Shown here: in pieces, positions 60,660 to 64,000 of the stretch
Layout of the letters: each line of letters opens with the position of its first letter
Numbering within the stretch: the stretch's first letter is position 1
DNA from: Octopus vulgaris
Taxonomy: Eukaryota
NCBI GenBank assembly: GCA_951406725.2
Contig: OX597824.1
Location: 34,534,001-34,598,000 of the forward strand
Direction of reading: 5' to 3'
DNA: 64,000 nt
Position numbers and translations under genes: made by a program
Notes under the pieces: model-generated
Told to the model about the DNA's origin: nothing
Databases searched by the model: none
Seen by the model: only the letters and a program-made list of their open reading frames with translations

Positions 60660-61222
60660 AGGTGCAGATATGGCTCTGTAGGTAAGAAGTTTGCTTCCCA
60701 ACCACATGGTTCTGAGTTCAGTCCCACAGCATGGCACCTTGGGCAAGTGTCTTCTACTGTAGCCCCAGGCTGTCCACAGCCTTCTGAATGGATTTGCTAG
60801 AGGAAAACTGACAGAAGCCTTTCTCTCTTTACTCTTTTACTTGTTTCAGTCATTTGACTGTGGCCATGCTGGAGCACCGCCTTTAGTTGAGGAAATCGAC
60901 CCCAGGACTTATTCTTTGTCAGCCTAGTACTCATTCTATTGGTATCTTTTGCCGAACCGCTAAGTTACGGGGATGTAAACACACCAGCATCGGTTGTCAA
61001 GCGATGTTTGGGAGGGACAAACACAGACACACAAACATACACACACACATACATATATACGATGGGCTTCTTTCAGTTTCTGTCTACCAAATCCACTCAC
61101 AAGGCTTTGGTCAGCCTGAGGCTATAGTGGAAGGCACCTGCCCAAGGTCTCACGCAGTGGAACTGAATCTGGAACCATGTGGTTGGTAAGCAAGCTACTT
61201 ACCACACAGCCACTCTTGTGCC
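60660..61222. mobile_element. Two family A SINEs in inverted orientation (+ head 60660-60820; - full copy 60821-61222)
   Basis: Family A sequence on both strands. Confidence 0.85.
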
Positions 61223-61384
61223 TGTAACCATTCGCACAACAACAATCCAATACTCCAACACAGAATCAATGAGACTAACGCTCCCACAGTTCGACCTCAA
61301 CTATCTACTGGCTCATCTTATTTATAAAACTCATCCATTCCACTGACAGTCACTTGCGTGGGTGTCAGTTCACTCCACAACAGT

Positions 61385-61966
61385 CCTTATGGATCATTTT
61401 CAACCAGGAATGGGCTTGCTGTTGATTGAACTTGTCTCACTGTAGCATTTCATGACATTATAGATAGTCTTAGGCGGTGAGCTGGCAGACACGTTAGCGC
61501 ACTGGGCAAAATGCTTAGTGGTATTTCGTCTGCCGTTAAGTTCTGGGTTCAAATTCTGCCGAGGTCGACTTTGCCTTTCATACTTTCGGGGTCGATAAAT
61601 TAAGTACCAGTTATGCACTGGAGTCTATGTATTCGACTTAATCCCTTTGTCTGTCTTTGTTTGTCCCCTCAATGTTTAGCCCCTTGTGGGCAATAAAGAA
61701 ATATATAGATAATGTTGGGTCAACACCAACCTTTGAAGCCACATCTTTGGTGCTATAATCTGCTTTTTTCAGAGCTACAGTCTCACTTTCCATGTTAGCT
61801 GTCATACTGAAACGTTTTACTTGCTGAATGTATACAAACAAAGGTGTGCACATGAACAATTGAATGTTGAACAGCACATTTTAATCATTTTTGTGCAATT
61901 TCAAACTAAAATTAGTAAAATAAATTTATTTAAATAACCGTGAATTCTTTAAGGCACATCCTGTAT
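61385..61966 (-). mobile_element. Tc1-like transposon relic interrupted by a family B SINE (61471-61701, +)
   Basis: TA|CAGGATGTGCC terminus; translation ..LKKADYSTKDVASKVGV..[SINE]..IYNVMKCYSETSSINSKPIPG resembles the Tc1 paired-like HTH. Confidence 0.6.
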
Positions 61967-63115
61967 ATATGAAATGGACAGAAATAATAGATTTATTTAT
62001 TTATTATAGGCTTACAGTTATTTCAGATATGTGTTTGTGTGTATTTATAGTTCAGTAAGTATCAGGCTTACAAAGAGGATAAGTACTGGAGTCAGATTGG
62101 ACCTTCATCTTTTATGTATCCTGTACCATAAAAATATCCATAAAGTAACCTGTACCTGCAAATATTTTAGGGGCATCACTTAGCCTCTCTTCTAGTTTTT
62201 AGTTGAGGACAAAACAACCTCAGTCCCACTATCTTTCTCAATGCTTTGTATGGGTCTTCTAACTAGTCTTCTCCTTTTCTCCTTTCCAACACTTTCTATC
62301 TCTAATTACTCCATATACTCTGATAATATTTGAATAGTATGTGATAATGAGGGAACAAATCTTATTACTAGTTTTTACCTAGTATTATGTATTTGTGGTA
62401 TCTGATTGTATCTAACCTATAGAATAGCAGCCTATACACCTTAGTTAATTTTCCAAGTCCACTAAGTCCATAAGTAATCCTTATACTGAGTGCTGCACAT
62501 TATAATGAACGAACAGTAGTGACTTATACATTCTAATTAACTAATAATATTCACGACACTTATAAAACAAATTAAAAAGTTAATTAATAGATAACTGCAA
62601 ACCCTGTAGCTTATTATGATACCTGATCTGGTGTACCCTCTTCTTTCTGTATTAGGTGATATATATTAAGTAATTTTCTTATTCTTCAAATTCCATAATT
62701 GAAATGACAGGTGATACCTGTTATTTCCTTACACACTATTTATAACAACTATACCAATAATAATTTCACTTCAGGCACACACATCTTATTACAAGCATGT
62801 TTGTTTATCACCTTTAATTATCACCTTTATATTACCTTTATATTAACATCCTACTTCTATATTTCTTTATCAGATAAAAACAATAGCACAAGACACTACC
62901 AATCTGCAATTATTAGAATTTATCATGAGTTCCAATCCAACCCTCCACCACCATAACCACTATCCCCCATATAACTCCATAAATTCTGAACTGTATCTCT
63001 CCCCTCTTCTCTTTGAGCTTTAATCTTTAACAACAGTATGCTGCACTCCTATCTGATACTTAATTGCCTTTAGTTACCTTGTCTTGGGTTCAATTCTTGC
63101 TATTCTCATTCCTAA

Positions 63116-63500
63116 TCATCATCATCATCATCATCATTTAGCGTCCGCTTTCCATGCTAGCATGGGTTGGATGGTTCAACTGGGGTCTGTTAAGCCAGAA
63201 GGCTGCATCAGGCCCAGTCTGATCTGACAGTGTTTCTACGGCTGGATGCCCTTCTTAACGCCAATCACTCCGTGAGTGTAGTGGGTGCTTTTTACGTGCC
63301 ACGGACGGATGGTGCTTTTTATGTGCCACTGGCACGGGGCCAGGCGAGGCTGGCAACGGCCACGGACGGATGGTGCTTTTTACATGCCACCAGCATGAGG
63401 CCAGTCGGGGCGGCGCTGGCAACGGCCACGAACGGATGGTGCTTTTTACGTGCCACCGGCACGGGGGCCAGGCAAAGCTGGCAACGGCCACAAACGGATG
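63116..63500 (-). mobile_element. SINE family C with ~4 internal tandem units
   Basis: Same unit as 48380-49115 in reverse orientation. Confidence 0.85.
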
Positions 63501-64000
63501 GTACAATGAATAACATGAAAATACATATGTAATTACCTACACGTCATCTCTAGTCTTTGACAAGGAACCAGTCTAGCTAACTCCAGCTTCCATCCTCTGC
63601 CTGTGATCGTCTATCTAACAAGTGATGTTGACTATAAATATCATATTACCCCTACTCACTAACTAAATCCTTTCTATATTTCCAACCTTTTAATGGTCAT
63701 TACTGCCTGCTTTGTTCTTCTCCCATTCGTGGTCAGCTTCGGCTGGCCAATAGGCGTGTTCCCACTGCATTCCTGAATGTTTTTATATTGTTTTGAAATT
63801 CTATGTATCATCTGATGGAAACAGTTTTTTTGCTATGATGTAATGTACTAATCCTGCTACAAAAAATGTGTTAGAAGCAGCTGTAAGGAACTGACATTTA
63901 TCTATTTTCTGTTATTTATTTATATACCATAGGGATTCATGACACATCAGGCATCCTAAAGTATACCAAACAATGTATGATCAACACAATGTGTGCTTTG

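Overview
AT-rich, repeat-dense metazoan genomic DNA. The SINE families, (TA)n/(CA)n density and RTE LINEs point to an octopod cephalopod (inference, not database-checked). One host gene could be assembled by hand: a 10-exon plus-strand gene (CDS 18540-54795, 1692 nt, 563 aa, all splice phases consistent). It encodes an IL-17-receptor-like type I membrane protein with signal peptide, two FnIII-like domains, a TM helix, a divergent SEFIR domain and a C-terminal extension. The rest is transposon-derived: at least four tRNA/LINE-tail SINE families, RTE and CR1 LINE fragments, a decayed Gypsy element, solo-LTR-like elements, a full-length decayed hAT, Tc1/mariner/pogo relics, Helitrons and foldback elements. 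The most unusual object is a 481-bp TSD-flanked palindromic insertion (12959-13439) whose two arms each combine a tRNA-like Pol III head, an (AAT)n tract and a minimal type I hammerhead-ribozyme fold.
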